DNA of 64,000 nucleotides. It comes from a virus. Lineage: Duplodnaviria > Heunggongvirae > Uroviricota > Caudoviricetes. The notes beneath the pieces were generated by a model, which had not been told where the DNA came from, ran no database searches, and was given only the letters and a program-made list of their open reading frames with translations. The stretch is from the IMG/VR virus record IMGVR_UViG_3300025859_000003; one strand, given 5' to 3'. Shown piece after piece: positions 35,427 to 44,553 of this stretch. Numbering within the stretch: position 1 is the stretch's first letter; each line of letters starts with the position of its first letter. Made by a program: the position numbers and the translations under genes.

Positions 35427-35587
35427 CGGTAGGTGTAGAAGTGAGAAGGGACGCCATCTCCTCCCTTGCTTTCAGGGTAATCGTGGACGTCCCAACGTAT
35501 TGAATTGCTGATTTTACAGGTGAGTCCGTTGTGGATGCTATGCGTTCCAAGAACCGCCCAGATCCACATAAGGAATCGTTCGGTCAT
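35393..35587 (-). CDS. small hypothetical protein
   Basis: 64 aa. Confidence 0.3.
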   Translation of the reverse strand: MTERFLMWIWAVLGTHSIHNGLTCKISNSIRWDVHDYPESKGGDGVPSHFYTYRCSRCGKEFSI

Positions 35588-35602
35588 ACGGAGAGTCCAT
35601 TT

Positions 35603-35794
35603 TTAGGGTTTCTCCATCAGGGAGACGACGGTCAATCCCCGACCCTCAAGGACGGTTCTGGCATCATCCACGTCAGCCACGGCGATGTCTTCCTCGACTA
35701 CGGTGGCTTCCTGATAGGTGATACGATCGTTATCGTCTCGTGTTTCGACAAGTTTGGTGTACAAGAAAATCATGATCAGGCCTCCAACAGACAT
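35603..35794 (-). CDS. small acidic protein
   Basis: 63 aa. Confidence 0.35.
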   Translation of the reverse strand: MSVGGLIMIFLYTKLVETRDDNDRITYQEATVVEEDIAVADVDDARTVLEGRGLTVVSLMEKP

Positions 35795-36495
35795 TATACA
35801 GGCCTACCCTCCTTGAAGTAGTTGCCCATTTTGGAGGCCGTCGGCCCTGCCTGATTGACGTAGTTGCCTTCGTAGGGCTTGATCTCCCCATGAACGGTTT
35901 CGAACACGATCTGGGCAATCCGCATGTTCGGGTAAAGGCGGATTGGATGAGAGCAGGTCATTTCCAGCGTCCACTGGTACTTCCATCCAGGTTCGCCCAA
36001 GCCGGCGGTTTCGTGGACGGACAGACCCAGACGGGCCAGGGAAGACTTGCCGTGAAGAATCGGCTCGTAGTGGTCGCTGCCAGCCTTCTCGACGGTAGAG
36101 GCCAGATACAGAACACCGGGGACCATGATCGGGCACTGCTCCAGGTCATAGGTGAATAGTTCAGGCGGTTTCCGAGGATCGATCACTCCACAATTGGAGA
36201 AGTCGCCGCGGGCGTTTTCAGCCAACAGCGATTCACGGACCTGCTCATAAAGCCACTGTACATGCTCGTACGCCGGGTCGATCCCGTCGATGCACATGGA
36301 GGCCCTGTCCTCAGTACCAATAGCACGACCAAGGGCGCCCATCACCGCGATGTTCGTCATCACGGCCAACTTCGGCATCAACGTGAGATCGTAGCTGATG
36401 CCTTTGAGGTTCAGCTGTTCGGGGTTGAACGGGTCGATTACGATACGACCTGCATCTAGCTCGCGCTGGATCTCCGCTCCGGTCAAGACAGACAT
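35794..36495 (-). CDS. dcd: dCTP deaminase family protein
   Basis: LTGAEIQRELDAGRIVIDPF ... YDLTL and GKSSLARLGLSVHETAG..EPGW ... MRIAQIVF match Dcd motifs (GRSSLARLGL.VH.TA..IDPGW). Confidence 0.75.
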   Translation of the reverse strand: MSVLTGAEIQRELDAGRIVIDPFNPEQLNLKGISYDLTLMPKLAVMTNIAVMGALGRAIGTEDRASMCIDGIDPAYEHVQWLYEQVRESLLAENARGDFSNCGVIDPRKPPELFTYDLEQCPIMVPGVLYLASTVEKAGSDHYEPILHGKSSLARLGLSVHETAGLGEPGWKYQWTLEMTCSHPIRLYPNMRIAQIVFETVHGEIKPYEGNYVNQAGPTASKMGNYFKEGRPV

Positions 36496-36498
36496 CGG

Positions 36499-36702
36499 TC
36501 ATCCTCCCTTTTTCTCTCGTTCAAGGTCCTGGTAAAGCCTGGAGTAACGGTAGAGTTCCTCCGCTGCCCTGGATCCACATGTGTCCAACGTGTGGTCAGA
36601 GAAAAAGGCGAGGCACCTGAGTTTCTGTGATGTGGCGAGATCTTCGAAGGCGCGTCCGATAGCCTTCAATGCCTCGATCTCAGGATCAATAGGTTTGGTC
36701 AT
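36499..36702 (-). CDS. small hypothetical protein
   Basis: 67 aa. Confidence 0.4.
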   Translation of the reverse strand: MTKPIDPEIEALKAIGRAFEDLATSQKLRCLAFFSDHTLDTCGSRAAEELYRYSRLYQDLEREKKGG

Positions 36703-36756
36703 CGCGTGTCCTGGGGCTGGAGGGCCCCCGTGTTTTAGGTTTGCACGGATAGGTTA

Positions 36757-36933
36757 TCAAGGCTTACGGTTGATTTTCCGCCTCGCTTCCAGGACCTCGC
36801 GCATAAGGTCCGACCGAAGCTTTTCCGGCATTTCACGGAACGCTGGCTCTGCCTTGAGGGCAGCTTCCAGATAGATGAGATGTTTATCGACCTCGTCAAG
36901 GACTCTTCGAAGTCGGTCAGGTTCAGCTGTCAT
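36757..36933 (-). CDS. small hypothetical protein
   Basis: Track ORF to 37050; start MTAEPD. Confidence 0.4.
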   Translation of the reverse strand: MTAEPDRLRRVLDEVDKHLIYLEAALKAEPAFREMPEKLRSDLMREVLEARRKINRKP

Positions 36934-36935
36934 GG

Positions 36936-37247
36936 CTACTCTTTCTTTGTTTTGGCTCGACGCCGACGTTCCAACTCGGCCACGATCAAGGCACCGGCGC
37001 GAATAAGGTCCCGCTCGGGATCCTTGGGCTTCCACCACTTCCAATCCCATGGCCAGAAGCGTTTCAAGATCGCCTCGAATGACACAGGTGAAATGGCCCC
37101 CGTGTTGACTGCGTAGAGGCCAGCGGCGATGGCCATCTCGCCATCCTTGTGTTGGTTGTCGTGGTGGTCGGTCCAGCCCTCTACGTTCTTCTGGCGTTCA
37201 CGCTCCGCGGCGATGTCGGCCAGTACTGCTGCAGTTTCGCTACTCAT
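36936..37247 (-). CDS. hypothetical protein
   Basis: Track ORF to 37304; start MSSETA. Confidence 0.45.
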   Translation of the reverse strand: MSSETAAVLADIAAERERQKNVEGWTDHHDNQHKDGEMAIAAGLYAVNTGAISPVSFEAILKRFWPWDWKWWKPKDPERDLIRAGALIVAELERRRRAKTKKE

Positions 37248-37530
37248 GTTTTGACCTTTCGAGTTCATCCAGATACTTGAGGAGCATTTTCTCCCCAAGC
37301 TCATTCTTGGCGGTGATAGTTACGATCGCTTTGGATGGGTCGTCGGGATCCGTTCTTACGTCGTACTCAAAAGGTGGGACCCTGGAAAAGTAATCGACCA
37401 AAACCCTCTCAATGGCGCCCTGGACCTCACGCAGATCCTCTTCCACGGAGAGCTCAAACAGCGGTCTCCCGACGATCTTCTTGATTTCTTCCTTGAATTG
37501 ATGAGCAAGCCTTTGGACGTTTTCTTTCAT
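37240..37530 (-). CDS. hypothetical protein
   Basis: 96 aa. Confidence 0.45.
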   Translation of the reverse strand: MKENVQRLAHQFKEEIKKIVGRPLFELSVEEDLREVQGAIERVLVDYFSRVPPFEYDVRTDPDDPSKAIVTITAKNELGEKMLLKYLDELERSKHE

Positions 37531-37599
37531 GGTTATTCCTTTTGAACTAAGAGAAAAGGCCCGAAGGCCTAAATTCTCTCCATCTGCTTAGACCACACA

Positions 37600-37620
37600 T
37601 GGCTGCAGAGTCTGCAACCA
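37600..37620. repeat. 21-bp palindrome copy
   Basis: TGGCTGCAGAGTCTGCAACCA. Confidence 0.65.
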
Positions 37621-37624
37621 CGGG

Positions 37625-39010
37625 CTAAGCCGCGATGTTCTTGTCCTCCCATTTCTTGTTGAGAGCCGTGCGGATGCAGATCTCCTGGAAACTGGCCGGC
37701 GTGATGTCTTCGTAGGACCTGGCCATCTCCTCGATCTTTTCCGCGGAGATCATGTCCCCACAGATCATCTGAGCCATCTGCAGTCTCCCCTCGTACGGCA
37801 GCTCGCCGAGTTCAACGACGCGGTCGACACGTCCTGGCCGAGAGCCGATCTCCTCGGTGGACCCTCCGCCCAGCGCAGGATCGAGGAGCTCAACGTTGTT
37901 GGTGGTTATGAACAGCAGAGTACCGTCGGTACGGTCTACGCCATCAATCAGGTTCAGTAGACAATCGAACGTTACGCCCTGCACGTTTTGCGGGGTAGCG
38001 ATGTTCTTGCGACCGTGGAAGATACCGTCGATGTCCTCGATCAGGATGATCCTCTTACCGTACAGCTGGCAGCGGATGCGCCAGGCATTGGACAGGTACT
38101 GGTTGTCCATCGAGGCCAGGTCGAAGACGTAGATCGGAAGATCGAACTTCTGTCCGATGGCCCGAACGAAGCTGGATTTACCAGTCCCAGGTCTACCGTA
38201 AAATACGTAGCCGCGATGCCACGGGATGTTGCGATCACGGTACCAATCCTGGTTATCGATCCAGAACTCAATCTCCCTCACCACTCGTTCCTGGTTGGCG
38301 TCAAGAATCAGCGACCGGAACGCCTCAGCACCCTCGTTCTGACCGACGTCATCCCACTTGAAGTCGATCGGCAACTGAGCCTTCATGTCGAAGCCAACAC
38401 CGCCGGAAGCCTTGGTATGACTGCTCGGAGACGCCACCATATTTTCAGGGATCGGCCCGGAGTTATGGTCGGTCATCATTCTCAGGCTGCCGACAACGTA
38501 ATCGACGAAGAAGTTGGAGTCCTTGTCAAACTGTGTATCTTCTTCGAGGTCGCGGTTCAGGACCTTTAGCCCTTCTTCGACGAAATGATGGAACGGAAAC
38601 GTCCAACGGATAAACCGAATCATGGTGTGACTGTGTTGGTTCACTCCTTCTTTTGGCTCCGTCCTCGACGGCTGAAACCATACAGGACGCCACCCGATCC
38701 AAAACAACGTGGACTGCTCACTGAGACTTTCGTAGGCCACATACCGCCACTTCCGTTTGGAGCGTAGCCAGGCGAGGAATGAGCTGTACGCCCTGATACC
38801 AAACTTGCGGCGCCGGCCGTTTCGACCCAAGTAGGTCTGGATGCCGGTGCTCAGCTTGTAGTCTGAAACCTGCTGCGGAACGATGATGAAAGACAGGGCC
38901 TTGATCATCATCTGCCTGGTCTTCCCCCAGATAGATGCGAGGTAACCCAGAACCAAAAGGCCGGTAGCGCCAATGGCGGCCTCAAGGCCGCCTATCTGCG
39001 GAAATTCCAT
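37625..39010 (-). CDS. BCS1-like membrane-anchored AAA+ ATPase
   Basis: N-terminal TM (GATGLLVLGYLASIWG); IPWHRGYVFYGRPGTGKSSFVRAIGQKFDLPIYVFDL (Walker A), ILIEDIDGIF (Walker B); RGYL.YGPPGTGKSSF context typical of BCS1 family. Confidence 0.7.
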   Translation of the reverse strand: MEFPQIGGLEAAIGATGLLVLGYLASIWGKTRQMMIKALSFIIVPQQVSDYKLSTGIQTYLGRNGRRRKFGIRAYSSFLAWLRSKRKWRYVAYESLSEQSTLFWIGWRPVWFQPSRTEPKEGVNQHSHTMIRFIRWTFPFHHFVEEGLKVLNRDLEEDTQFDKDSNFFVDYVVGSLRMMTDHNSGPIPENMVASPSSHTKASGGVGFDMKAQLPIDFKWDDVGQNEGAEAFRSLILDANQERVVREIEFWIDNQDWYRDRNIPWHRGYVFYGRPGTGKSSFVRAIGQKFDLPIYVFDLASMDNQYLSNAWRIRCQLYGKRIILIEDIDGIFHGRKNIATPQNVQGVTFDCLLNLIDGVDRTDGTLLFITTNNVELLDPALGGGSTEEIGSRPGRVDRVVELGELPYEGRLQMAQMICGDMISAEKIEEMARSYEDITPASFQEICIRTALNKKWEDKNIAA

Positions 39011-39018
39011 TGCTCCCC

Positions 39019-39291
39019 CTAGAAAGGCTTCTCTGAGAGATTAGCCAGAGACATTTCCTTGTCGAGGCTCTTGACGTAGTCGGGGTGAACCTGGTCTACG
39101 ACGGCCCTGAGTTCAAGCTTGTAGTAGTTACCGTCCTCACCTTCGAAGATGACTTCTCCGAGGCATCCCTTGGCGTTGCTACTGCGGATAACACCGGCGA
39201 CCAGGATGGCCAGATCGCCGGTGTCCGCGACTTTGCTGATATCGAGGGTGCCTTTCAAGATGAACCTTTTGATCTTCACGATGTTTATCAC
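39019..39291 (-). CDS. hypothetical protein
   Basis: 90 aa. Confidence 0.45.
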   Translation of the reverse strand: MINIVKIKRFILKGTLDISKVADTGDLAILVAGVIRSSNAKGCLGEVIFEGEDGNYYKLELRAVVDQVHPDYVKSLDKEMSLANLSEKPF

Positions 39292-39305
39292 GAGAGTTCC
39301 TTCTG

Positions 39306-40004
39306 TTACTTGACCTTGATGAGATTGACCTTCGCGTTCACGGACGCGTGTCCCTCACGTTGAGTGTTTTGCTCCGCTGGCGGCTCCATTGATTCTGCGA
39401 TCAACAGGGCTCCGCGGAGAAGCTCTTTCAGGCGTTGCCTGTTTTCGGGCATCTTGTCGATGTCTCCGATCGTCTTTCCGATGTCTGCCAGGCCTTCGGA
39501 GAGGATGGTCTCGATGGCCATGAACTTGCCCTCCATCCGTGCCGCGCTGCGGTGGGCATCGATCTCAAGAACGTTGTCCAGCGGATTCTTCCTGCCGGAA
39601 TGCTTGCGAGGGAACTTTTCGGACTTGGCCTTCCCCTTCTCTTTGATCTTCTTGGGGTAGACCTTTCCACTCATGGTCCTTTTGACGTAACTCTCGGATC
39701 CACCGGTGGCCTTCACTACTTCCCTTGCCGTAGCGTTCGGGTGCTCTTTGGTGTAGGCCTGGATCTTTCTCTTCATCGCACCACGCTTGGTGACTTGCCG
39801 GGATCGGACTCGGGCGTAGGATTTCGATAGAAGGTGGGCGAACGTCTTCCTCGTGGCCCACACGTACGCATCAGACGAGCCGACGGACTCGGCCACCTGC
39901 CTTGCCGACCAATCAGGGTACTGGTTCTGCTTCGCGACGATTTTCTCTGCGACAGACCCAGTCTCGGGCAAGGCCACTTCAGTTTCTTGCATCGTTTCTG
40001 GCAT
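39306..40004 (-). CDS. basic protein with two HTH-like segments
   Basis: WSARQVAESVGSSDAYVWATRK and ATAREVVKATGGSESYVKRTM; Lys/Arg-rich. Confidence 0.45.
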   Translation of the reverse strand: MPETMQETEVALPETGSVAEKIVAKQNQYPDWSARQVAESVGSSDAYVWATRKTFAHLLSKSYARVRSRQVTKRGAMKRKIQAYTKEHPNATAREVVKATGGSESYVKRTMSGKVYPKKIKEKGKAKSEKFPRKHSGRKNPLDNVLEIDAHRSAARMEGKFMAIETILSEGLADIGKTIGDIDKMPENRQRLKELLRGALLIAESMEPPAEQNTQREGHASVNAKVNLIKVK

Positions 40005-40014
40005 AGCTCACTTT

Positions 40015-40569
40015 CTACTCAGCGGCCGGTGCTTCTGCTTTCTGGCCTTCCACGGGATGGAAGTCGGACACCCACGCGGTGCGCTCATCCTCGGGCATTT
40101 CCGTTTTGGCTTTCTCAACAAACTTCTTGTGGTCCTCCTTGCGCTTCTCGAAGGTGGTCAGGAGCTGGTCCCTGATCCGGTTGGCGGCGTTCATGATGTT
40201 GGTGACCTGGAGGATGTGGAATCCCAGGAGCTCCGGGTTCTCCATTTCCTTCTCGACCTTTTCCAGTCCTGACAAGACTGCCCTTATCGAGGACACGAAA
40301 GCCTGGGCCTCGCGGACATTTGCCGCAGCGTTGCCGTCCACGAGCAGAACCTGCATGGTCATGTTCGGCAGGCCGTCGACCGGTCCCTCGTGTTTGCGTA
40401 AGCCCTTGATGGAGTAATCGGTACGGCCGTTGCCCCCGCGAAGCTGTCCCTCGTCAAAAGCCGGGTTGTTCTTGGTCGCCTTCACCTTCTCAGGGGGAGT
40501 CGGGCTTTTTGCCTCAGCCTTCTTTTCTGTCTTCTTCTGCGACTTTACTGCCGCTGCTTTCTTTCCCAT
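40015..40569 (-). CDS. hypothetical Lys-rich protein
   Basis: 184 aa. Confidence 0.5.
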   Translation of the reverse strand: MGKKAAAVKSQKKTEKKAEAKSPTPPEKVKATKNNPAFDEGQLRGGNGRTDYSIKGLRKHEGPVDGLPNMTMQVLLVDGNAAANVREAQAFVSSIRAVLSGLEKVEKEMENPELLGFHILQVTNIMNAANRIRDQLLTTFEKRKEDHKKFVEKAKTEMPEDERTAWVSDFHPVEGQKAEAPAAE

Positions 40570-40777
40570 TGGACGGGATCTCCTCTCCTGATGACTTCAT
40601 CAGGTCAATGACGTACTTCCTGTAAGTTATGAGTTCTTTCCAGACACGTTCCATGTCCGGCCGGCTGGCGAAAAACAAGGTGTCACCGCAGTTGTAGGCG
40701 TTCCTGGTGGCCAGATAGCTCTTGTACTTCCACTTCAAGCGCTTCTTGTGCCACCAGATTTTGAGCTTCAGGATCAA
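40514..40777 (-). CDS. small hypothetical protein
   Basis: 87 aa, overlaps neighbour. Confidence 0.3.
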   Translation of the reverse strand: MILKLKIWWHKKRLKWKYKSYLATRNAYNCGDTLFFASRPDMERVWKELITYRKYVIDLMKSSGEEIPSNGKESSGSKVAEEDRKEG

Positions 40778-41409
40778 ACCATCCTCCCTCCTCGAACCAG
40801 TCGGATCAGACCGTTGTACATGACAATCTGCCGGTAGCAGTCGTAGATGGCGTCGTGTGCCTTACCCTCTGGAAGCTTGATCTCAGGGCAAAGCGCCATG
40901 GCCGCGTCGGTCAGAGGACCGTACCCCAGGCCAGTCACCCGCATCGCCATCATGCGGGCGCCGGTGATGTCCTCGACGCGGTAGTGGTAATCGCCGACCA
41001 GGTCCTGTGTCTCTCCGTTATCTACCCAGACGGACTCTTTCAGAATCCCGTGCTTGGAAAGGAGAGGCATGTCGAAGCTGGCGGCGTTCAATCCCAGTAC
41101 TGTCACCGGAGTCTGGGCGTGGTGGTTCTTGAAGAAGGTCAGGATGTCCTCGCGGATCGCCTCATGGCCCCGCGGCTCAACCTTGTTACAGAGAGCGTAG
41201 AGCTCGACCTGGTGCTCTTTGGCGAAGTTGGTCTCCGGCTGGCCGGCGTAGTGCAGGTAGGTGTGATAATCCGGGTCCTTCTTCTTAGGCAGCAAAATGC
41301 CCTGTTTTGACCAGCTGCAGGCGACGATCCCGATCTCCAGGATCTCGGCCTTGGACTTGTCGGCGGACGTGGTCTCGATGTCGACCATGAAGCATGGATA
41401 GTTGTTCAA
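40774..41409 (-). CDS. DEDDh 3'-5' exonuclease (DnaQ/RNase T-like)
   Basis: MVDIETTS (Exo I), GLNAASFDMPLL (Exo II), HDAIYDCYR (Exo III with His). Confidence 0.7.
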   Translation of the reverse strand: MNNYPCFMVDIETTSADKSKAEILEIGIVACSWSKQGILLPKKKDPDYHTYLHYAGQPETNFAKEHQVELYALCNKVEPRGHEAIREDILTFFKNHHAQTPVTVLGLNAASFDMPLLSKHGILKESVWVDNGETQDLVGDYHYRVEDITGARMMAMRVTGLGYGPLTDAAMALCPEIKLPEGKAHDAIYDCYRQIVMYNGLIRLVRGGRMV

Positions 41410-41657
41410 ACGGACTCCTTTTTGTAGTCATGAATCATTGCCAGAAATTTGATCCCCTCGGCGATACCGACAGCTACATCACGCGAGTCCGTCATGACGT
41501 AGAATCCGGTGTCACGGCACTGAATGATGTAGTGAGGAGACTTGCTCCCGTCGGCACGGAGAACGAGGTTGTTGTTGGTGCAGATCTTTTCGAGGTCAGG
41601 ATCGGTGGGGTACACCTTTTTCCGTCCTGAGGATGTTGATTGAATGAGGTGGCTCAA
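41406..41657 (-). CDS. small hypothetical protein
   Basis: 83 aa. Confidence 0.45.
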   Translation of the reverse strand: MSHLIQSTSSGRKKVYPTDPDLEKICTNNNLVLRADGSKSPHYIIQCRDTGFYVMTDSRDVAVGIAEGIKFLAMIHDYKKESV

Positions 41658-41857
41658 GGTCTCTCCTTCAGTCGCTTCGTGTACTTTTCGACCGCTGGTA
41701 GCAGCTCGTGCGTCAGGTCGTCCGCGATCAGCAGAACCTCGTTGTAGCCGCTTGCGTGGCCACGGTCGTATGCCTGATAACTTACGAAACTGCGGAACTC
41801 CTCAGGCAGTGGCTCAAGGATCTCAGCCAGCTTCTTGGCGTACTCCTTTTCGTTCAT
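41654..41857 (-). CDS. small hypothetical protein
   Basis: 67 aa. Confidence 0.4.
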   Translation of the reverse strand: MNEKEYAKKLAEILEPLPEEFRSFVSYQAYDRGHASGYNEVLLIADDLTHELLPAVEKYTKRLKERP

Positions 41858-42393
41858 CCGGTCGCCCCTTCCCCGTCGAAACGGGAATCGTAGTCCTCCC
41901 CGATGTCGAGGCCGATGTCCAGCCGCTCAACCAGAATGCTGGTGAAACCGGCGACCTCCAGAATGTACAGGAGATCGACATCAATTTGCTCGTTGATCAG
42001 ATCGCCGTAGTTGAAGTCTTCGCTGCTGTCTTTCCAGGCCTGCTGGCCCGTCTTGGTGCTTTGCAGCCAGAAGTTGACCGCGTCGCGGAAGGCAAACAAT
42101 GCCTCTTGTGCAACGGAGAACTTGCTGACCAGCGTGAGCTGGGCCGGGATCATGTCGTCAGGGCTACGCCGCGAGACGTCGATGACGTGCTTGAACATCG
42201 GCAACAGCTCCTGCGCTAAAGCCTCGACCTCTCCCCCGTCGTCTTTCTTGATGCTGATGATCTCGTCCCCGTAGGGGCCTTCTTCGCCGTATTCAACCGC
42301 GGTGACGGTTCCCAGACCGCTGCACTTCTTCTCGTCGGGGTCGTTCCAGTAGACGCGTTCCCCGATGGCATAGCGCTTGACCGCGTTTTTCAT
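41854..42393 (-). CDS. hypothetical protein
   Basis: Track ORF to 42456; start MKNAVKRY. Confidence 0.5.
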   Translation of the reverse strand: MKNAVKRYAIGERVYWNDPDEKKCSGLGTVTAVEYGEEGPYGDEIISIKKDDGGEVEALAQELLPMFKHVIDVSRRSPDDMIPAQLTLVSKFSVAQEALFAFRDAVNFWLQSTKTGQQAWKDSSEDFNYGDLINEQIDVDLLYILEVAGFTSILVERLDIGLDIGEDYDSRFDGEGATG

Positions 42394-42770
42394 GGATGTA
42401 CCTCCTCTACCTCGACCTCCGGCCAGTAAACCCATACCCAGGCCTGCACGTAACAACCTCGGCTATCACCGCGGCTGGTTTTGGCATCGGCGTCCACTTC
42501 ACATTCCCCGTCGCGGTGGTGCTTTTCCCTGGCGGCCTCAACAGCCTCTTCGTCAGTGAGCTCCATGCGAAGATCCTCGCTGTCCTCGTCGAAGAGCAGA
42601 CGTTCGTTGTACTCGATCCAGATGGCGTCGGATTTTTTAGCCGCCGGCTTGGATACCGAGCTGGCCTCTTCTTTGGTGAATTGAGTAGCGAAGCCAGCCC
42701 GGTTGATCCATCCCATCTCGTTGTTCCAGAAACCACACTCGCTTTCGCTGTAGATGATGAGCTTCACCAC
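42390..42770 (-). CDS. hypothetical acidic protein
   Basis: 126 aa. Confidence 0.45.
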   Translation of the reverse strand: MVKLIIYSESECGFWNNEMGWINRAGFATQFTKEEASSVSKPAAKKSDAIWIEYNERLLFDEDSEDLRMELTDEEAVEAAREKHHRDGECEVDADAKTSRGDSRGCYVQAWVWVYWPEVEVEEVHP

Positions 42771-42821
42771 AACCTCCTTCCCAGGAAAAAGAAAAGGGCC
42801 CGCCGAGTGGCGGGCCCCTGG

Positions 42822-43436
42822 TTATTCCTGGTTGTCGTTCTGCAGACTCAGCCGCTTGAGTTCCTTGCGGTTGAGCTGCTTTTCGGGGCGGAAGACGAGT
42901 TCCTTGCGACCACCGATGACGGTAGCGAAGATGTTCTCCTTCCATTCCCCTTTGAACCAACAACCGTTGATCTTCTTCACGCCCTTACCCGGCTTGAGCT
43001 GCGGATGCTGACGGCGGTTAGCGACCTTGTTGGGATGAGTCTCGCGGAGAATTCCGTGCTCATCCACGTAGAAGTCGCGAAGGCTGTACCACCGGCCATG
43101 GGGCCCGAGCGGCTCCCCGTTCTCGTTGTACGTGATCTTGGTGGAGACCATGTACTTGAGATGCTCACGGAGATGCCATCCGGCGACGTTACGGATGTCG
43201 GCCTGAGAACAGATCTCGGACCAGACATCGTCCCAATAGCGACCGCAGTTCTTGCGGAGCATACCGTAGAGCGGCGCCAAGCGGTCATTGAACCCCTTGG
43301 TAGCCTTCATCTTCATCGGTTCGCGGATCGGAAGATCCTCGTCCGGAAGACGGTTCCTGCGACAGTCCTTCTGGATGTCCCAGTCACTACGGGTGCGGGC
43401 CGTGTTGATGATCAGTCTGGCGTAATCTTTGCGCAT
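42822..43436 (-). CDS. hypothetical protein
   Basis: 204 aa; AGAGGAG RBS. Confidence 0.5.
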   Translation of the reverse strand: MRKDYARLIINTARTRSDWDIQKDCRRNRLPDEDLPIREPMKMKATKGFNDRLAPLYGMLRKNCGRYWDDVWSEICSQADIRNVAGWHLREHLKYMVSTKITYNENGEPLGPHGRWYSLRDFYVDEHGILRETHPNKVANRRQHPQLKPGKGVKKINGCWFKGEWKENIFATVIGGRKELVFRPEKQLNRKELKRLSLQNDNQE

Positions 43437-43489
43437 GACATGACTCCTCTAGTTTCACTAAAGTGTCATGGCACACCTCCTTTCGTTTA

Positions 43490-44038
43490 TCAGCACCCCG
43501 TAAGGTAGGGCACTACAGACATCATCTCTCGAAGCATCTCTGTGTACGACTTAGGCGGGGGAGGAACGTACTTCACGTAGGCGTTCTCATCCTCATCCCA
43601 TTGGTACCTGGTCATTGATTCCTTGTTGATCTCCTTCGGGATGTCGTCCTCATCCCGGAATACCATCAGTTTACCGTCGAAGGTCCTCAGTACCCAGAGC
43701 CAGTCGTCATAGACGTAGAACCACCGTCCCGTGTGGATCATCGCCAATTCTTTGAGTTCAAGGTAGCAGTACTTCCACCACTTCTTCCAACACTTCACCC
43801 TATCGGGCTTGGAGAAGATGGCGGCGAGCAGGTAGAGCCACTTGGGCAACCAAGGGAAGATATTCTTCTCTTCCCAGTAGGCGATCTCAGCACCACACCA
43901 GATACCCAGGCCGGCCTTTGCCTGGTTACGGTGGCTGGAGGCTCTGATGCCAAGCTTGTTGCGGTGAACGATGATGCTCAGCGGATACGGGTGCTCAGAA
44001 TCGTCCCAGTCGAAGATTATCGCGTCTTCCATTCCCAT
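43490..44038 (-). CDS. Trp-rich hypothetical protein
   Basis: 182 aa; TTTTAGGAGCCGCC ATG. Confidence 0.5.
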   Translation of the reverse strand: MGMEDAIIFDWDDSEHPYPLSIIVHRNKLGIRASSHRNQAKAGLGIWCGAEIAYWEEKNIFPWLPKWLYLLAAIFSKPDRVKCWKKWWKYCYLELKELAMIHTGRWFYVYDDWLWVLRTFDGKLMVFRDEDDIPKEINKESMTRYQWDEDENAYVKYVPPPPKSYTEMLREMMSVVPYLTGC

Positions 44039-44093
44039 GGCGGCTCCTAAAATTTTTCCGCCTAATGCGGATCATCGTCTTAGGCCCTAAAAA

Positions 44094-44118
44094 GAAAGGG
44101 CTCTGGGAGCCCTTTCTG
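44094..44118 (-). terminator. intrinsic terminator
   Basis: GGGCTCCCAGAGCCC + TTTCTTTTT on minus strand. Confidence 0.6.
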
Positions 44119-44139
44119 TGGCTGCAGACTCTGCGGCCA
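44119..44139. repeat. 21-bp palindrome copy
   Basis: TGGCTGCAGACTCTGCGGCCA. Confidence 0.7.
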
Positions 44140-44553
44140 CTAATTCCCTCCGCCCAGGACCTCGATCGTGGAGTTGCACCCATCCTCTACGACATGCACC
44201 ACCATCAACTCGTATCGCTTGTACAGCCAGGAGACTATGCGGTTTCTGAAAAGCTGGACAACAAAGAGAATCAACAGCATGGCGCCAGGAAGAAGAGTGG
44301 CCAGCGGAAGCCAGGTTGTCTCCGTGAGGATAGACAACAAGAGGGTAGCGAGAACAGCGGCGTGTCCGGAAATGATGAGACCGTGAATGTGCATGTTACA
44401 TCTGTGGAGGAGAAACAGGTGCACGATACGGATGAACGCCTCAAACTGGATCGAAGTGAGAGCAACCTTGCCGTTCGTAACCTGAATCGCTCCAACCATC
44501 TTTTGTATCTCGTCGGTGGTTACGATCACCGATCTTCCGGCTGTAAACATCAC
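44140..44553 (-). CDS. membrane protein
   Basis: 137 aa, hydrophobic. Confidence 0.5.
   Translation of the reverse strand: MMFTAGRSVIVTTDEIQKMVGAIQVTNGKVALTSIQFEAFIRIVHLFLLHRCNMHIHGLIISGHAAVLATLLLSILTETTWLPLATLLPGAMLLILFVVQLFRNRIVSWLYKRYELMVVHVVEDGCNSTIEVLGGGN

Noticed and set aside
37988-38569. 193-aa plus-strand ORF
   Set aside because: Antisense to the AAA+ ATPase gene, whose Walker motifs unambiguously define the coding strand.
42396-43508. 370-aa plus-strand ORF
   Set aside because: Antisense to two RBS-supported minus-strand genes (42390..42770, 42822..43436); composition is Leu/Val/Arg-rich with almost no Lys, consistent with an antisense artefact.
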